Of a DNA stretch of 52,250 nucleotides, positions 48,935 to 52,250 are shown one piece after another. The DNA lies in NCBI GenBank assembly GCA_050287845.1, contig JBNKCR010000019.1, positions 1-52,250 on the forward strand. The letters are read 5' to 3'. The translations under genes and the position numbers were made by a program. This DNA is from Polyangia bacterium (GTDB taxonomy: Bacteria > Myxococcota_A > Polyangia > JAAYKL01). How positions within the stretch are numbered: position 1 is the stretch's first letter; every line of letters starts with the position of its first letter. Below the pieces are notes generated by a model, which was not told where the DNA came from, did not search any database, and saw nothing but the letters and a program-made list of their open reading frames with translations.

Positions 48935-50632
48935 TCATTTCCGCGTATCAACAAAATCAAATTGAGGGAGTGTTTTCAAGTCGTAGGCTTTGAGGGCGAG
49001 GGTGTCGAGGGTGTTGAAATCGCGATTGCGGAATGCGGTTTTTATTTGTTGTTGCAGGTCACCGTCGATTGACTCCGGGTTGGGGACGCAAATTCGGCGC
49101 AGGTATTGTGCCTGGAAGCGGAGGTATTTGCCGCGCATCTTTACGGCGTAGGACCAAATGAAAAAGAGGGCGACTCTTGAGCTGAGCAGACCGCCCAGCA
49201 CTTCAAGGTCCCAATTTGAAGACGTGATGTAGTACAGATTGTGGTGAGGGTGATAATGCCCTTCGTCGAAGGCGACTTCGTTGGAACCTGCAATGTCCGG
49301 AATCAATAACTTGGGTTTGGGTACCAGTTCGGGATAGACCCGGTCAATGGTTCGAAACCAGCTGCCGGGATTTTTCTTTGCCACATGGCGCTTTTTGATT
49401 TGCGTTTCGTTCTTTGCAAAGAACGCCTTGAGCCTGGGAAATTCATCCAGGTTGATAGCGCCTTTTCCCGATGAAAAAGTGTTAATCACAGCTCGGTTTG
49501 CGTCGTTAATTTTTCCTTCGGTTATGTCTTCTCGCTTTACCAGAGGGACAAGCCGATCCGGTTCAACATTCAAAGCGCTGTCAACTATGTAGATTGAGTC
49601 GTTACCGGTAGCGACACCGATGCTGACCTTCGTGTCGCCATGGCATTCCAACGGTTTATAGCGGCTTTCTAAATCGCGCAGCGCCTCCAGGTGTTGTGGC
49701 GACCCAAGAACCCATGGTTCGGCGCCAGTGAACCAGGTAGCATATTCATGAACATCAACCCCGTTTTTGCCATTGCCATTGGAAAGTAATCTATTCGTGA
49801 CGGCTTCGCATTCGTCAGGCGTTGCACTATGAAGCGTTGCAACATTCACCAGTCTGGCTTTCTTTGTGCCAATCGTAAAAATCGCCGGATACGCAATTAC
49901 ATCAGATTCGAAGGGAGATGCTTCATGAAGGTCAATGTAATGCTGAATGCCAAAGCTTTCGATAATTTTTCGTCGAAGTGGCGCCCCGTATTTGTTGAGT
50001 ATCCAACGGTCGGCGCAAATGAACGAAAGGTTTCCATTCTTCGAGAGCAAATCCAAACCGCGCTCGATGAACGCCACATAAATATCTGCCCTGTCGAAAA
50101 GAGACGAATACCGGCCCCTGTACTCTGCCTGCAAAGCTGGCGACAATTGCTCTATTCGGATGTACGGGGGATTTCCAATGACAAAATCAAAAGTCCGGTT
50201 GTCGCTTTCAAGCAAAAAGTCACCACAACGAACCCAGGTCTTCGCCAAATTTCCTACATACTTTTGGGGTACATTGTTTTCAATCAACGCCCTGGAGACT
50301 TCGGCCCGTGTGATTTCAACATGCGCTTCATCAATGTCGTATGCTCGGAAGCGATCCTTTAACAAATCCACATCAAGCAAATCGGCGCCTGGGGATGCAA
50401 AGAACCGATGAATGGCGGGAATCAAAAACGCGCCATGCCCACAGGACGGTTCAAGGAATGTCATGTCTTTTAATTGTTCGGTTTGCCGGTATCCTGAAAT
50501 GTCCAAAATCATGTTCACGATATGGGGCTTCGTGAGCACCACTCCGTGAATTTCCCCCGACGAGCGTTCTCCATACTCATACGCACTTCTAGGTAACGAA
50601 ATTGGCAAACCAATTGAAAGCTGACTCGCCAT
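48935..50632 (-). CDS. Type II N6-adenine DNA methyltransferase, PaeR7I/XhoI-like (gamma class, TaqI-like C-terminal domain)
   Basis: LEPSCGHGAF (motif I), VIGNPPYIR (motif IV), ADIYVAFIE, FICADRW..NKYGAPLR, IGVATG, HHNLYYITS, LRFQAQYLRRI. Confidence 0.92.
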   Translation of the reverse strand: MASQLSIGLPISLPRSAYEYGERSSGEIHGVVLTKPHIVNMILDISGYRQTEQLKDMTFLEPSCGHGAFLIPAIHRFFASPGADLLDVDLLKDRFRAYDIDEAHVEITRAEVSRALIENNVPQKYVGNLAKTWVRCGDFLLESDNRTFDFVIGNPPYIRIEQLSPALQAEYRGRYSSLFDRADIYVAFIERGLDLLSKNGNLSFICADRWILNKYGAPLRRKIIESFGIQHYIDLHEASPFESDVIAYPAIFTIGTKKARLVNVATLHSATPDECEAVTNRLLSNGNGKNGVDVHEYATWFTGAEPWVLGSPQHLEALRDLESRYKPLECHGDTKVSIGVATGNDSIYIVDSALNVEPDRLVPLVKREDITEGKINDANRAVINTFSSGKGAINLDEFPRLKAFFAKNETQIKKRHVAKKNPGSWFRTIDRVYPELVPKPKLLIPDIAGSNEVAFDEGHYHPHHNLYYITSSNWDLEVLGGLLSSRVALFFIWSYAVKMRGKYLRFQAQYLRRICVPNPESIDGDLQQQIKTAFRNRDFNTLDTLALKAYDLKTLPQFDFVDTRK

Positions 50633-51375
50633 TATTTAAGCCCTTCCAAATACACGCGCACATGACCGGCCAAGCTTGCGAGAAACTTTTGCATAGACAA
50701 ATCAGTAGCCGGTTCGGAGTATTGCCCTTTGGGGCCATCCTTTTCAGTCGCCATCAAAAACGCTGCATGATCATATTTTTTTTCAAGCATCAGCTTTCGA
50801 GCAAGCAATTCGTACCGCTCAGCGTAAGATGTTTCCTTGAATTCGGGCAGTACATCAAAATGCTTCTTTGAATACCCAACAGGCACCCGCGATTTCTCGC
50901 AATCTTCAAGCAGCATCAACCACCCCGCCCACGGTCTGGGCCTGTCGATGCCAAACGCGCCTTCTCGATAGGCGGTCCAGAAGTCCTCGGCCGTTCCCAA
51001 CGCTTCCTCTGTCCGATTATTGAAATTGTTCCCAAACGACGGGCCTCGTTGAGACTTAAACTCAATCGCAGCGACCAAATGGCCATCATGCACCGCCAAA
51101 ATATCCCATTGCTTGGTCACCCGAAAGAAACCGGGAATCGTCAATTCGGATTTTCCATTCAAAAACACATCGGCGTCCTTGAGACCATTTTTCACGCATA
51201 CCCAATGAATCAACTCACAGAATCCGTCCATCTGCTTGCCACCGGTCACAGCAGCCCGCCGACCCCGATCCGCATCCCCGGACGTCTGTCTGGCTGATTG
51301 AGCTGTAAGTGTCGTCCAGTAGTGCGCGACTGCATCACTGAGTTTCTTTTTATATCCGTTGGGTACCAGTTTCAT
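50632..51375 (-). CDS. PaeR7I/XhoI-family type II restriction endonuclease
   Basis: DRGRRAAVTGGKQMDGF, IPGFFRVTKQWD, IEFKSQ.GPSFGNNFNNRTEEALG, TAYREGAF; TAATG overlap with the MTase start. Confidence 0.92.
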   Translation of the reverse strand: MKLVPNGYKKKLSDAVAHYWTTLTAQSARQTSGDADRGRRAAVTGGKQMDGFCELIHWVCVKNGLKDADVFLNGKSELTIPGFFRVTKQWDILAVHDGHLVAAIEFKSQRGPSFGNNFNNRTEEALGTAEDFWTAYREGAFGIDRPRPWAGWLMLLEDCEKSRVPVGYSKKHFDVLPEFKETSYAERYELLARKLMLEKKYDHAAFLMATEKDGPKGQYSEPATDLSMQKFLASLAGHVRVYLEGLK

Positions 51376-51505
51376 TGTCTTGCCTCTGAATGGTTGTTCA
51401 GCAATAAGTTCATCGCACAATTCAGCGGATGTGCCAAGATCTCATGATTATCATCCACGGTCGAGCAATTGCTCGCATCGCGCCATGATGCAATCTCAAG
51501 GATAG

Positions 51506-52120
51506 TCATTTTATAGAATGTAAAAGGCCTTTTTCACTCAGTATACGTTCAATTTTGGGCGGAATATCCAATGCTTCCACTTTGATAAAGGATATTCTCG
51601 AGTTCTTTTTTATTCGCCCGAACTGGTCGGGACAATGATTGAACAAAGTCTGCTGAATAGCCAGGAAGGGGCTCAAATTCAGCAATTTGCTACCTTTTCC
51701 CTCCTCACTATCTCTTTCCAGGTATTGCTTCAGCTCAGCAACTGAAATATTTAATTCGGCACACATGATAAAAATTGTATCAGCAAGCCTTTTTACGTCT
51801 GAGGGGAGTCTCTGAGGCCAATGTTCCTCGAGCCATTCAATAATTCCATTTTTCTGCTCAAATTCATCAGATGCAGGATAATAGCCATCCTCTGTTCTAC
51901 CTATTTGAGAAATCGCGAACTCGGCTTGCTCCAAAATCGCCTTTATTTGGAACGCAACCCTACTCTTACCCCAGGAAAATTCATTCGACTTATACATAAT
52001 ATCGTGCGTTGCTTTACCCCAGGCATGACTCAGAATTGTCTTTACCTGCACCTCAAAGAGAAGCGAATGTACGATTTTCTGCCTTGTGCCCATTGGGGCG
52101 GTTCTTTTTAGTCGTAATAT
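51506..52120 (-). pseudogene. RelA/SpoT-like nucleotidyltransferase-domain gene, 3' part; 5' part displaced by an IS
   Basis: FEVQVKTILSHAWGKATHDIMYK (Syn4-like E.Q.RT...HAW...HD..YK); upstream of about 52120 the frame runs into IS hairpins. Confidence 0.7.
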
Positions 52121-52250
52121 AGAAACCCCCGACCTTTGGGCGGGGTCAGAGACAGTAGGCTTCGCCAACTGTCGATAGAACTCACGTGATACTCCTTAAT
52201 CAGAGTTGTCCCCACAACCAAAGAATAAGGAGAAATCACATGAGTCGATT
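52121..52250 (+). mobile_element. Left end of an IS200/IS605-family element with the start of tnpA
   Basis: Subterminal hairpin at about 52125-52146; second hairpin gacagt/actgtc; gtgatactcctta pairs with taaggagaaatcac and hides the RBS; ATG at 52240 reads MSR(F/L). Confidence 0.7.

Noticed and set aside
52121..52168. ORF-track start MAKPTVSDPAQRSG for the RelA/SpoT protein
   Set aside because: These codons come from the IS left-end hairpins, not from the original gene.

Overview
About 52 kb of bacterial chromosome at roughly 50% GC. Gene content (D/S/T-rich lipoproteins, Ser/Thr kinase, serpin, sigma54 signalling, GspC with PDZ) suggests a Myxococcota/deltaproteobacterium-like host, which is an inference. 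Most of the window is housekeeping and envelope genes: msrB-msrA fusion, PBP1A, orphan gspC, steroid 5-alpha-reductase homolog, methylmalonyl-CoA mutase mutA-mutB-meaB, nif3, slyD, acyltransferase, dcp, sanA-like, nadA and a serpin. Five unusual parts stand out. (1) At 24.6-26.2 kb, a WYL transcription factor faces a short SAM-methyltransferase-like gene, and the spacer has a DriD/PafBC-type operator-promoter (GAC-N7-GTC plus TGTCCT-N10-TACGCT). (2) At 38.4-48.5 kb, a decaying sigma54 regulon has an NtrC-type activator, a 5-PAS kinase, up to four GG-N10-GC promoters, repeated TACCA-N3-TGGTA boxes and broken target genes. (3) At 9.07-9.16 kb there is a candidate sRNA with an anti-Shine-Dalgarno loop. 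(4) At 9.2-11.1 kb there is an apparently catalytically dead M49/DPP-III-like lipoprotein. (5) From about 48.6 kb a probable defence island begins: att-like repeats with an IHF site, a PaeR7I/XhoI-type restriction-modification pair, and a RelA/SpoT-domain gene cut by the left end of an IS200/IS605 element. All family calls come from motif recognition by eye; no database searches were run.
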